Shown here piece by piece: positions 9,692 through 18,537 of a DNA stretch of 63,617 nt. Every line of letters begins with the position of its first letter. Position 1 is the stretch's first letter. Under the pieces are notes generated by a model. The model worked only from the letters and a program-made list of their open reading frames with translations. It had not been told where the DNA came from and did not search any database. This DNA comes from Pseudomonadota bacterium (GTDB lineage: Bacteria; Myxococcota_A; UBA796; GCA-2862545), in assembly GCA_947490265.1 (NCBI GenBank), contig CANLGQ010000001.1, forward strand, positions 1 through 63,617, written 5' to 3'. The position numbers were made by a program, and so were the translations under genes.

Positions 9692-11272
9692 CTACGCCGG
9701 CACGCCGCCGGCCAGCCACCGGTAGAACGTGGCGAGTTGGGCCCGTCGCTCCGGGTCGAGCCACTCGAAGTTGATCCCGCGATCGCTCACCTCCCAGAAC
9801 TCCGGGTGCACCACCGCCAGCATCTCCTCCCGGATCGCGTTCAAGCGGGCCCCGGGCTCGGTGCGCATGTCGTTGCTGATGCGCACGGCCAGCGGGCCAG
9901 CACCGCGGGCCAGGTAGAAGGTGGCGAGCTTGATCTGGGCCTTTCGCACGCCCTTCAGCGAGGCTTCCTGGGCCCGGGCCTCGGGCTCCCGGTCGAGGTC
10001 GAGGAAGATCCCGAGCAGCGCGTCGTGGGCCAGGGAGCCGACCGCGAACGCGACCTCCAGCAACCGGCACTGGTCGTAGGCGGCGCTCTCGAGCACGAAG
10101 GCGAGGTTGTTGCTGAACGCGAGCTGGCCGTAGTAGCGCATCCGCCCAGCCAACTCGATGGCGAGGTCGGGGTGCCCGGTGTTGATCGCGTGTTCGGCGA
10201 GCTCCCGATACTCGTTGAGCAGGTTGTAGGCGGTGCGGACGTCGCGCCCGTTTACCGCCGCGCGCATGTAGGTGTTGAGGAACCGCACCGAGAGCTGGAG
10301 GGTGGCCAGCTCGGAACGATCGAGGGCCGCTGCGGCGATCTTGCGGGTGTGGATCGCCGTCAGGTGGTTCACATCGCGCATCTTGTTCAGCGCATCGGCG
10401 AACACGTCCTGGTACTGGCGGAAGACTTTCATCTCGAGCCAGGTCTTTCGGGTGGTCAGCGCGTGGACCATGTCGGGGTGCAGGGCCAGAAAGTCGGCAT
10501 CCGTTTTGCCGAGCACCGAGGTGTCGAACCACCTGACCGGAAGGCGCCTCCGCTCACTGAGCCCGGCCTCCACGAGTTCGGCCATCGCCGCGAGCGATGC
10601 GAAGGCGAGCGGCTTGTCCTTCTTGTCCACCGAGTTCAGGGCAATGTCGCCGAGCTGGTCGACGGCGCGGAGCAGCTCGTCGCGGCGCGTGGCGGCCACG
10701 GCGTCGCCGCCGCGCGCGGCCCGCTCGATCTCGCGGAGTCCTCCGTTCGTGATGCGCCGGATGACCTGAGTGGGCGCCAGGAAATCGAAAACATAGGCGA
10801 AGTACGGCAGGATGGCGAGGAGGCAGAAACTCACCAGGAGACCGTTCGCGATGACGATCAGGCCGGGCCATTCCGGCGCATTGAGCGCCAGCATCGTGCC
10901 GACCGAGAGCACTGAAGCCACTGCAAAGGTCGAAAGCACCGCGACGTTGACCGGGTCACGAACGAAAAGCTCGCTGACGCGTGGGGTGTACCGGTTGGCG
11001 GCGAGTTCGACGATGATCGCGACGACGGTGATCGCGATCCCGAGCACGGCCACCGCCCCCCCGGCGAAACCGGCGAGCGAATCAGGCGTGGCGGGCAGCG
11101 CCGCGAGGTCCCACGGCCAGGGACCTGCTACGCCGAACTGCCATACCCACAGGGCGAAATAGATCGCCCCGGTGATCAGGGTGAGCGTCAAGAACGCGAA
11201 GATCGCCTCGAGGACAGGCTGCGCGAGGGGCCGCCGGCGGCGTTGCGTTTCCATCGGGCGCGAGTATGCCAC
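9692..11272 (-). CDS. polytopic membrane protein with large soluble C-terminal domain (possibly DUF2254-like)
   Basis: 526-aa ORF with four N-terminal TM helices followed by about 350 soluble residues. The composition is protein-like. The family assignment is tentative. Confidence 0.7.
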   Translation of the reverse strand: MAYSRPMETQRRRRPLAQPVLEAIFAFLTLTLITGAIYFALWVWQFGVAGPWPWDLAALPATPDSLAGFAGGAVAVLGIAITVVAIIVELAANRYTPRVSELFVRDPVNVAVLSTFAVASVLSVGTMLALNAPEWPGLIVIANGLLVSFCLLAILPYFAYVFDFLAPTQVIRRITNGGLREIERAARGGDAVAATRRDELLRAVDQLGDIALNSVDKKDKPLAFASLAAMAELVEAGLSERRRLPVRWFDTSVLGKTDADFLALHPDMVHALTTRKTWLEMKVFRQYQDVFADALNKMRDVNHLTAIHTRKIAAAALDRSELATLQLSVRFLNTYMRAAVNGRDVRTAYNLLNEYRELAEHAINTGHPDLAIELAGRMRYYGQLAFSNNLAFVLESAAYDQCRLLEVAFAVGSLAHDALLGIFLDLDREPEARAQEASLKGVRKAQIKLATFYLARGAGPLAVRISNDMRTEPGARLNAIREEMLAVVHPEFWEVSDRGINFEWLDPERRAQLATFYRWLAGGVPA

Positions 11273-11382
11273 GCGAGCCCATGTGAACGAGCGCCGGTCG
11301 CGCGTTCCACATCGCTTTCAAGGCGCCGCGGTCCGGTATTCAAGCTGGGGGGCGAGGATTCTCTTGTCACCAGGAGGGTTCC

Positions 11383-11673
11383 ATGTCCGACCGCATTCAG
11401 CCCATCGAGCCTCACACTGCCGCCTGGAACGCCCAGGTGTGGATCAGCTTCCTCATCTCCGCGGCCATGAGCGTCGGAGGGGTGGTGCTGCTTCCCGCCG
11501 ATCCCTGGATCAAGGGCTACCTGCTGATGGGGGCGCTCTTCACCGTTGGCTCGACCTTCAACCTCGCGAAGACTGTGCGCGACAACCACGAAGCCGAGAA
11601 GCTCCGCAACCGGATCAAGAACGCGAAGGCCGACAAGCTCCTGAAGGAGTTCGAACTCAGCGAGGCCGCGTAG
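11383..11673 (+). CDS. YiaA/YiaB-type two-helix inner-membrane protein
   Basis: 96 aa, AGGAGG upstream. NAQVWISFLISAAMSVGGVVLLP ... KGYLLMGALFTVGSTFNLAKTVRD fits the YiaAB two-helix pattern. Confidence 0.7.
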   Translation: MSDRIQPIEPHTAAWNAQVWISFLISAAMSVGGVVLLPADPWIKGYLLMGALFTVGSTFNLAKTVRDNHEAEKLRNRIKNAKADKLLKEFELSEAA

Positions 11674-12023
11674 TCCCGCCGGCCCCTACTTCCAGGATAC
11701 CTGCGAGACTTGCTAGGCGTCGTTCCGGGTCACGACCGGACCGACGAGGCTCGGTCTCGAGCTCCGGTGCGACACCTGCGGCGCGAGCACGAGCGTGCCT
11801 CGAGACGTACCGCATGGGCGAGCACGAGCGCGCCCTCCTGCCCGCCGGCCACGCCGCGAGGCGACAGCAAGCCCGGGAACACCTTCGCGGGGTGGCGACC
11901 GAGCTGGAGGTGTGGTGGCGGCGCATCCCGTTCGCCTCGCGGGCGCGGCGGGCCGCCCTCACGGCTCACCCCTTGCCGCCCGTCGATCCGCGCTGCGCTT
12001 GTGGGCCGGCCGCTCGGCTGGGG

Positions 12024-13619
12024 TCACTTCGCGGGTTCGGTGACCTGGACCGTCGCGGACGCTGCTTTCCGCGCGGGCACGCCGGCGTGGCACGGCACGC
12101 CCTCGGCGGGGGAGGGCTCCAGGATGAAGATCTGGACGCGGCGGTTCCGAGAGCGGTTGTCCTCGGTGTCGTTTCCGGCGAGGAGGCACTTCTCGCCGTA
12201 GCCGACCGAGGTGAGTCGGTCGCTGGCGACGCCGCGGGCCTCGAGCAGGGTGCGCACCTCGTTCACCCGGTCCTGCGAAAGTCCCTGGTTGTACCGGTCG
12301 GATCCTTTCGAGTCGGTGTGGCCTTGGACCTCCACCTGCCGGATCTCGGTGTACTTGAGCAGGTTGTTGGCGATCTCGTCGAGCAACGGGAGAGACTCGG
12401 CTTTCACCGTGGCCTTGTCGAAGTCGAATTGCACGGCCTCGAGCAGGACCACCTCGTCTCGGGTCGTCTTCACGATCGGGGGCGCCAGCTCTACCTCGAT
12501 CACCACCAGCGAACGCTCGTTCGGCTGGATTTCCACCTCTCGCCGCTCGATGCCGAAGGCCTCGGCCGAGACGAGCAGCGTCCAGACGCCGGGGTCGAGG
12601 ACGAAGACCTCCTGCCCATCGGCGCCCAGCGCGACGTCGGGGTGGGGGGCGGGCCCGCGGAGGCTCACCGTGGCGTCCAGGATCGCGCCCTGGTTGCTCT
12701 TGGCGACGACCTCGACCGCGCCCGGTCGCCACGCGAGCCGCACCGTGCGCGCGGTCTCCCCTTCCACGAGGTCGATGGGCTCGGGGTCCGATGCCATCTC
12801 CATCCCCACCGGGCACGCGACGCCGAGCGTGACGCGACTCCCTGGCATGCGCCCCTCGATCGCCGCGTTGCCCTGGGCGTCGGTGGAGGAGGCATCGGTG
12901 CCGTCGAGCTGGATCGTAGCCCCCGGCGTGGGGTTGCCATCGGGGTCGAGCACCAGCACGCTCAAGGACGACAGGGCGTCGGGGCAACCGTCGGTGTCGT
13001 TCCACCCGTTGACCACCTCGGCCTCATCGGGGCACCGATCGTCGCCGCAGCCGAACCCGTCCAGGTCCGGGTCGCAGTTCCCCGGCGGAACCGCGACCCA
13101 GGTGAGGCCGATCAGCGCCTCGAAGTGCTGCCCCGGCGTCTCGACCACCTGGTAGTGGCCGGTGAGGTAGTCGCGAAGCTCGGGTCGCAGGCGCAGCCGC
13201 TCGCTGAGGCGGATCTCCGCCCCCAAGCCGGCGTGGAACGCGCCGTCGTTGTCGCGCCCGAGCGCATCGTCGGCCGACGACACCGCGAGGTAGCCGCTCC
13301 CCGCCAACAGGAAGGGGCGCAGCCGCTCGTTCACGGGAAAGAGGCCGATCAAGCTGGCACGCCATCCGGCGAGCAAGGCGCCGCCTGCCCCGGACACCCC
13401 CGCCGCCCCGAGATCGCCCTCGGCCTCGAGGCCGAGGAATTCGACGGGAAGGAACCGCGCGCGAAGGCCGAGCACTGGGGCGGGCGAGAGCGTGCGGTGC
13501 TCGATCAACATCGGGTCATAGAGCTCGTGGTTCGACGAGGGCAGGAGCAACGCACCGTAGGCGCCGAGGTCGACCTCGGGACCGGCCCACGCCATCGCAG
13601 CCATCGCAGACGCGATCAA
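12024..13619 (-). CDS. OmpA family outer-membrane protein (N-terminal beta-barrel, TSP3-like acidic motif, carboxypeptidase-regulatory-like domains, OmpA_C)
   Basis: C-terminal OmpA_C signature (FDFDKATVKAESLPLLDEIANNL...VEVQGHTDSKGSDRYNQGLSQDRVNEV...NRRVQI). The start is uncertain. TTG 13619 overlaps the upstream stop (TTGA); ATG 13604 is an alternative. Confidence 0.85.
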   Translation of the reverse strand: MIASAMAAMAWAGPEVDLGAYGALLLPSSNHELYDPMLIEHRTLSPAPVLGLRARFLPVEFLGLEAEGDLGAAGVSGAGGALLAGWRASLIGLFPVNERLRPFLLAGSGYLAVSSADDALGRDNDGAFHAGLGAEIRLSERLRLRPELRDYLTGHYQVVETPGQHFEALIGLTWVAVPPGNCDPDLDGFGCGDDRCPDEAEVVNGWNDTDGCPDALSSLSVLVLDPDGNPTPGATIQLDGTDASSTDAQGNAAIEGRMPGSRVTLGVACPVGMEMASDPEPIDLVEGETARTVRLAWRPGAVEVVAKSNQGAILDATVSLRGPAPHPDVALGADGQEVFVLDPGVWTLLVSAEAFGIERREVEIQPNERSLVVIEVELAPPIVKTTRDEVVLLEAVQFDFDKATVKAESLPLLDEIANNLLKYTEIRQVEVQGHTDSKGSDRYNQGLSQDRVNEVRTLLEARGVASDRLTSVGYGEKCLLAGNDTEDNRSRNRRVQIFILEPSPAEGVPCHAGVPARKAASATVQVTEPAK

Positions 13620-15622
13620 CGGCGCCGCCGGATCAGCATCATCGGGGCCAGGAGTCCGGCCCACGCCAGGGCGGGCGCGCCCGAGCCGTCGCATTTGCAG
13701 CCCCCGCCCTGATCGTCGAGGAACACCGTCTCGGCCGCGACGCAATCCTCGTCGACCGCGCCGTCACAGTTGTTGTCGATCTCGTCCCCACACGACTCGA
13801 TCGTCCAACCGCTGTTCGCGCTCGTCAGATCGTCGCAGTCGCCCTCGCAGGCGGACTGTCCGTCGCCGTCGCCGTCGACCTCGTCGCCGGGCACCAGGCC
13901 GTCGCAGTCGTTGTCCGCCCCATCGCACACCTCTTCCGCGCCGGGCGCGGTGGCGTCGTTGGCGTCGTCGCAGTCGCCGTCGCACACCCGGACCCCGTCG
14001 CCGTCGTCGTCCTGCTCGCCCACCGGCAGGTCGCCGTCGCAGTCGTCGTCCCGTCCATCGCAGATTTCCAGCGCATCGGGGTGGATGTCCGCGTTGGTGT
14101 CGTCGCAGTCGATCTCAGCACAGTAGCCGTCTTGGTCGGCGTCGCCGGTGGTGTCGTCGCAGTCGTCGACGTCGTCGCAGATCCCGTCGGCGTCGGCATC
14201 GCCCGCGGCGCAGTCGTCCAGCGCGTCGCAGACGCCGTCGCCGTCGGAGTCGTCCGGGTTGTCGACCGGGCAGGGATCACAGGCGTCCGGGACCGTGTCC
14301 CCGTCGAAGTCGTCGCCGTCGGGACCGCCGGGGCACTGGTCGCACACGTCGGGCACCCCGTCGTTGTCGGCGTCTGCCGCATCGTTACCCGCGCAAAGGT
14401 CGCCGTCGTCGCACACCCCGTCGCCGTCGGTGTCGCCGGACGCGTTGTCGCCGAGGCAGGCATCGGCGTCGTCGCAGATCCCGTCGCCGTCGGTGTCGCC
14501 GCTGGCGTCGTCGCCCAGGCAGGTGTCGAGCGAGGCGCACACGCCGTCTCCGTCGGCGTCGTCCGGCGCGTCCTGCGGGCAGGGGTCGCAGTCGTCGGGG
14601 GTGCCGTCGGCATCGAGGTCGCACCCATCGTCGCCGGTGAGGCACTGGTCGAGGTTGGTGCAGATCCCGTCGCCGTCGCCGTCGCCGGTCGGGTCGCTGC
14701 CGAAGCAGAGATCGAGGTCGTCGCAGCTCCCGTCGCCGTCGGTGTCGTTCGGGGCGTCGACGGGACACGCGTCGCACGCGTCGGCGACCCCGTCGCCGTC
14801 GAAGTCGTTCTGGGTCGGGTCGAAATCGAGGGGGCAATCGTCGCAAGCGTTGGGCACGCCGTCGCCGTCGGTGTCGAGACGGTCGTCGCTGCCCGGGCAG
14901 ACGTCGTCGTCGTCGCACACGCTGTCGCCGTCGGTGTCGTCCGGGTTGTCGACCAGGCACGGGTCGCAGACGTCGCCGACCTCGTCGCCGTCGAAGTCCG
15001 CCTGGTTGTCGTTGGCGTCGACGATGCAGTTGTCGCAGCGATCGATCCAAGTGTCGAAATCAGCGTTGGGTTGGGGAAGGACGCCGTTGGTGGAGAGGTT
15101 GTCGAGCACGAGGTTGTCGGCGTCGAGGTGAACGGTGACGGCGAGGATGGGCTCGGTCGACACCACGCCCCAGAAGTGCGTCGTGTCGATGTCCGGCTCG
15201 GGAAGAGTGAAGAGGGTGTCGCCCGACGCGGTGGTCACGGTCCAGGTAAAGGTGCCGAAACGGGGCGGGGCGGGGTCGCCGAAATTGGTGAAGCCGTTGT
15301 AGTCGAAGCCGATCGCGGTGCTGTCGGTGGGCGCGTAGAAGGAGAACGGAAAGCCGGGGTATCCGTAGATCGAGAGGTTGTAATAGCTGCGCGGCGGGTT
15401 GATCAGATCGTCGGTGCCGAAGGCGACGCCGCTGCGGACGAAGCAGTCGAGGCGGATGTCGCCGCTGGGGCTCGTGATCGGCGACCCGTCGTCGTGGGTC
15501 GAGAAGTCGATGGTCGTGAAGCTGACTGCGGCAGTGTTCCACACCGTGCGAACGTCGAATTCGACGAAGGAGGCGCTTGCCGGCGTCGAGAGGAGGGCGA
15601 CAAGGATCGAGGGGACGGGCAT
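13616..15622 (-). CDS. secreted thrombospondin-type-3 repeat / MopE-like metal-binding-motif protein with MYXO-CTERM tail
   Basis: Signal peptide MPVPSILVALLSTPASA. About 15 DxDxDGxxDxxDxC repeats. Three CDDxxxxxxPGAxExCDGxDNDCDG motifs. The C-terminus GGGCKCDGSGAPALAWAGLLAPMMLIRRRR is the Cys-containing motif + TM + Arg cluster typical of MYXO-CTERM. Confidence 0.85.
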   Translation of the reverse strand: MPVPSILVALLSTPASASFVEFDVRTVWNTAAVSFTTIDFSTHDDGSPITSPSGDIRLDCFVRSGVAFGTDDLINPPRSYYNLSIYGYPGFPFSFYAPTDSTAIGFDYNGFTNFGDPAPPRFGTFTWTVTTASGDTLFTLPEPDIDTTHFWGVVSTEPILAVTVHLDADNLVLDNLSTNGVLPQPNADFDTWIDRCDNCIVDANDNQADFDGDEVGDVCDPCLVDNPDDTDGDSVCDDDDVCPGSDDRLDTDGDGVPNACDDCPLDFDPTQNDFDGDGVADACDACPVDAPNDTDGDGSCDDLDLCFGSDPTGDGDGDGICTNLDQCLTGDDGCDLDADGTPDDCDPCPQDAPDDADGDGVCASLDTCLGDDASGDTDGDGICDDADACLGDNASGDTDGDGVCDDGDLCAGNDAADADNDGVPDVCDQCPGGPDGDDFDGDTVPDACDPCPVDNPDDSDGDGVCDALDDCAAGDADADGICDDVDDCDDTTGDADQDGYCAEIDCDDTNADIHPDALEICDGRDDDCDGDLPVGEQDDDGDGVRVCDGDCDDANDATAPGAEEVCDGADNDCDGLVPGDEVDGDGDGQSACEGDCDDLTSANSGWTIESCGDEIDNNCDGAVDEDCVAAETVFLDDQGGGCKCDGSGAPALAWAGLLAPMMLIRRRR
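13762..15040 (-). repeat. intragenic coding repeat array (TSP3-type Asp-rich Ca-binding repeats followed by MopE-like Cys motifs)
   Basis: Degenerate periodic GAC/GGC-rich DNA encodes the repeated DxDxDG units. The period is irregular and there are no unique spacers, so it is protein-coding rather than a CRISPR or satellite. Confidence 0.7.
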
Positions 15623-15693
15623 GAGGCTCCTTCGGGGAGGGGGAGCCTACCGAAACGCTCTGGCGTTGTCGACCCGCCTGGGAGGTGCCCTGA

Positions 15694-16443
15694 TCAGGGC
15701 TCGGCGCGGAGCCCGGTGGCGGTGACCCGCACCTTCTGGTGCCAATCGGCCGGCACGCTGCCGACCCCCTCGGTCCACAGCCAGGTGCGCATGTCCCCGG
15801 GCTGCATCGGGGCCTTCTGCGCCTCGGTGGCGGGGAGGGTCCAGGTGGGGCTCACGAGCGGGTAGTCTTTCGTGTCGAGCATTCGCCCGTCGTCGGCCAG
15901 GTAGTCGACGGTGAGCGAGACGAACGGGAGCACCTTGGTTCCGCCGTTCGTGACCTCGACCGTCACCCCCCACCCGTTGAGCTCGCCCTTGGGGTCTTCG
16001 GCCATGTTGACCTGGGTCACGACCGCCTCGCCGAGGTTGAGCGCGCCATACTCCAGCACCGCGACGCGACCCTGCGCCTTGGTGCGCAAGCGCGGATCGA
16101 TCTTGCTGAATTCGTCGAGGAAGGCCTTGTAGTCGTCTACGGTGTTTGCCTTCACCGCCGCTGCGTAGCTCGCGAAGGCGAGCTCCTTCAACGCCCGGTC
16201 CCGGTTGGGGCTCTTGGGAAAGCGGGCGTGGTAGGCCCGCCAGATCTCGACGGTGCCGGCGGTCTGGGCGCCGGTGAAGTACAGCTCCTCGAGGCGCTTC
16301 TCGATCGGGAAGGTGTGGCTTCCTCCCGGGTTGTCCGTCAGGTACTGCTCATACGCCTCTACCGTGTCGATTTCCTGGACCTCGGCGAAGGACATTCCGA
16401 GGTCGCAGCCCACCAAGAACACCAGTACGCTCAGCATGTCCAA
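15694..16443 (-). CDS. putative lipoprotein, unknown function
   Basis: Lipobox VFLVGC. 249 aa with ordinary composition and good GC3 bias. Divergent from the APC permease gene. Confidence 0.65.
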   Translation of the reverse strand: MDMLSVLVFLVGCDLGMSFAEVQEIDTVEAYEQYLTDNPGGSHTFPIEKRLEELYFTGAQTAGTVEIWRAYHARFPKSPNRDRALKELAFASYAAAVKANTVDDYKAFLDEFSKIDPRLRTKAQGRVAVLEYGALNLGEAVVTQVNMAEDPKGELNGWGVTVEVTNGGTKVLPFVSLTVDYLADDGRMLDTKDYPLVSPTWTLPATEAQKAPMQPGDMRTWLWTEGVGSVPADWHQKVRVTATGLRAEP

Positions 16444-16536
16444 CCTCCCGCCGCGAGGGCATTATCTCGCGATTGTCGCCGGTGTGAGATACGCGGGCGC
16501 GATGTCGGCACCGCCCCCTCTCCCCGGCTGGCGCTC

Positions 16537-17802
16537 GTGAACCGCTGGTCGGCCGCGGCGCTGGTCGTCACGAGCATGGTCGGCACCGGGGTCTTCACCA
16601 CGACCGGGTTCCTGCTCCGGGATCTCGGTGCGCCCTGGCTGGTGCTCGCGCTGTGGGTCGCCGGCGGCGTGCTCGCTGCCTGCGGGGCGGTGTCGTATGC
16701 CGAGCTGTCCTCGCTCGTTCCACGGAACGGCGGCGAGTACGCCCTGCTCCGGCGGGTGGCTCACCCTGCCCTCGGGTTCGTCGCGGGCATCGTCGGGGTG
16801 TTCGCGGGCTTTGCCGGCCCGATCGCCGCCTCGTCGCTCGCGTTTGGCACCTACCTCGCTGCGGCGGTGCCCGGCGTTCCGGTGCTGCCGGCTGCGCTCG
16901 TGCTGCTGTTCGGGGCGGCCCTCCTCCAAGGTTGGAACCCGCGGATCGGCCGCGGCCTGCACCTGTGGGTGACTGCGCTCGAGCTCGGGCTCGTGGCGGC
17001 GTTCGTGTCGCTCGGGATCGCGCATTCGGCGGAACCCCTGGTCGGTCCGCTTGTCACCGGGTCCACCGGGTCGGTTGCGCTGGGGCTGGTGTTCGTCTCC
17101 TACGCGTACAGCGGCTGGAACACCACCGCGTACATCGCCGGCGAGCTCCGCGACCCGGCGCGCGACGGGCCGTGGTCGCTGCTGGTGGGGACCGCGGTCG
17201 TCACCGTGCTGTACGTGCTGTTGAACCTGGCGATCCTGACCGCGGTGCCGCCCGAGCGGCTGGCCGGGGTCGTGGAGGTCGGGGAGGTGGCGGCGCGGGC
17301 ATGGCTCGGGCCGGTCGGCGGGCGGGTGATCTCCGGGTTGATCGCCTGGTGTCTCGGCGCGATGGTCGTGGCGATGTTCGAGGCCGGCCCGCGGCTCACC
17401 GCGGCGATCGCCGACGATGTGCCCGGAATTCGCCTGCTCGCCACGCGGTCGGTGCACGGCGCCCCGGTGGTCGCGGTGGCCGGGCTCGCCGTGGCCGCGG
17501 CCGGGATGGCGACATTCGCCACCTTCGAGCGCCTCTTGGCCTGGATGGGGATCCTGCTCGCCGGGAGCACGGTCGCGGTGGTGGCCGGGGTGATGTGGCG
17601 CCGCTGGCGAGAACCAACGGTGCACGCTCCGTTTCGGGTCCCGCTGTACCCCTTGCCGCCGGTCGTGTTCGTCGGGGCCACCGGGTGGATGATCGCACAG
17701 GCGCTGGTGTCCGATCCGCCGCTCGCGCTCGGCGTGGGGACGCTCCTCGCGGTCGGCCTGGCGGGCTGGTTCCTGGTGGGCCGAGCGGAGGCGACGCGCT
17801 GA
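16537..17802 (+). CDS. APC family amino acid permease
   Basis: The start was set at GTG 16537 (VNRWSAAALVVTSMVGTGVFTTTGF, the canonical APC N-terminal motif). The upstream 266 codons of the tracked ORF are antisense to the lipoprotein gene. 12-TM profile. Confidence 0.85.
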   Translation: MNRWSAAALVVTSMVGTGVFTTTGFLLRDLGAPWLVLALWVAGGVLAACGAVSYAELSSLVPRNGGEYALLRRVAHPALGFVAGIVGVFAGFAGPIAASSLAFGTYLAAAVPGVPVLPAALVLLFGAALLQGWNPRIGRGLHLWVTALELGLVAAFVSLGIAHSAEPLVGPLVTGSTGSVALGLVFVSYAYSGWNTTAYIAGELRDPARDGPWSLLVGTAVVTVLYVLLNLAILTAVPPERLAGVVEVGEVAARAWLGPVGGRVISGLIAWCLGAMVVAMFEAGPRLTAAIADDVPGIRLLATRSVHGAPVVAVAGLAVAAAGMATFATFERLLAWMGILLAGSTVAVVAGVMWRRWREPTVHAPFRVPLYPLPPVVFVGATGWMIAQALVSDPPLALGVGTLLAVGLAGWFLVGRAEATR

Positions 17803-17864
17803 CCCCCTGGGAACTTCCGCCCTTTGTCGGAGGCGGCGCGATACCCCCCGGTCAGGGGGCAAGG

Positions 17865-18500
17865 ATGCAGTCCAGTTCAGCGGAGCGTGCGGGTTCTGGG
17901 CGGTGGGGGCGGGGATTTGGCGCCCTTGCGGTGCTGCTGGGTGCCTCGGCGCTCGCCGACTTTGGATCCGCGGCGGTGACGTGGCCGCTGGCGGGTTCCG
18001 ATTCGACGATGACCCTGACGTTCCTCGCGTCCGGAGCCTGGTGCCTCGCCGCTGCCGGCCTCGCCGGTGCCGCGTCGCTCGTCCTGCGCAGCGGGTTGAC
18101 CCGTCCTGCCCCGCGACGAGGTTTTGCCTGGGGCTTCGCGTCGATCGGCACCTCGACGCTCTCAGCGGCGCCGCTCGTGCTGGCGGCACTGCTCATCGGC
18201 GGGGGAGCTCTGCTTCGGGAGGATGCCGCTGGCCGACATCTTGGGCTTCACGATCCCCGAAACGGGGGATGGATTTGGATCGGGATGGCCCTCGGGGTCT
18301 CGTTTGGCCAAGTGTACTTGAGCTTCGCTGGCACCTTTTCGGGCCTTGCGTCGATCGCGCACGGGATCGCGACCCGCTCGCCGCTCGGCGTTCTGCTCGG
18401 GCTTCTTGGCGCCGGACTGGGAGCGGTTTTGCTCGTGCCCCAGACCTGGGCGTTGTGTGTCAACGTCATGTTGTCGAACGTCTCCTTCGGCTGGCATTGA
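17865..18500 (+). CDS. hypothetical polytopic membrane protein
   Basis: ATG 17865 within tracked ORF 16653..18500. 211 aa with 5-6 hydrophobic helices. The upstream part of the tracked ORF is Arg/Gly-rich shadow sequence. Confidence 0.55.
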   Translation: MQSSSAERAGSGRWGRGFGALAVLLGASALADFGSAAVTWPLAGSDSTMTLTFLASGAWCLAAAGLAGAASLVLRSGLTRPAPRRGFAWGFASIGTSTLSAAPLVLAALLIGGGALLREDAAGRHLGLHDPRNGGWIWIGMALGVSFGQVYLSFAGTFSGLASIAHGIATRSPLGVLLGLLGAGLGAVLLVPQTWALCVNVMLSNVSFGWH

Positions 18501-18537
18501 TCCCCACCCGGAGTAGAGTCGCGGCGCAGGAGCGCGG

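Noticed and set aside
13762-15040. Periodic repeat DNA that could superficially resemble a repeat-spacer array
   Set aside because: The repeats are degenerate, irregularly spaced and in frame, and they encode thrombospondin-type-3 motifs. There are no unique spacers and no cas genes.
11172-15865. Long plus-strand ORFs 11172..13712 (846 aa) and 14081..15865 (594 aa, VAVGVV repeats)
   Set aside because: They are antisense to the OmpA and TSP3/MYXO-CTERM genes. The repetitive Val/Ala/Gly product simply mirrors the Asp/Gly/Cys codon repeats of the real gene.
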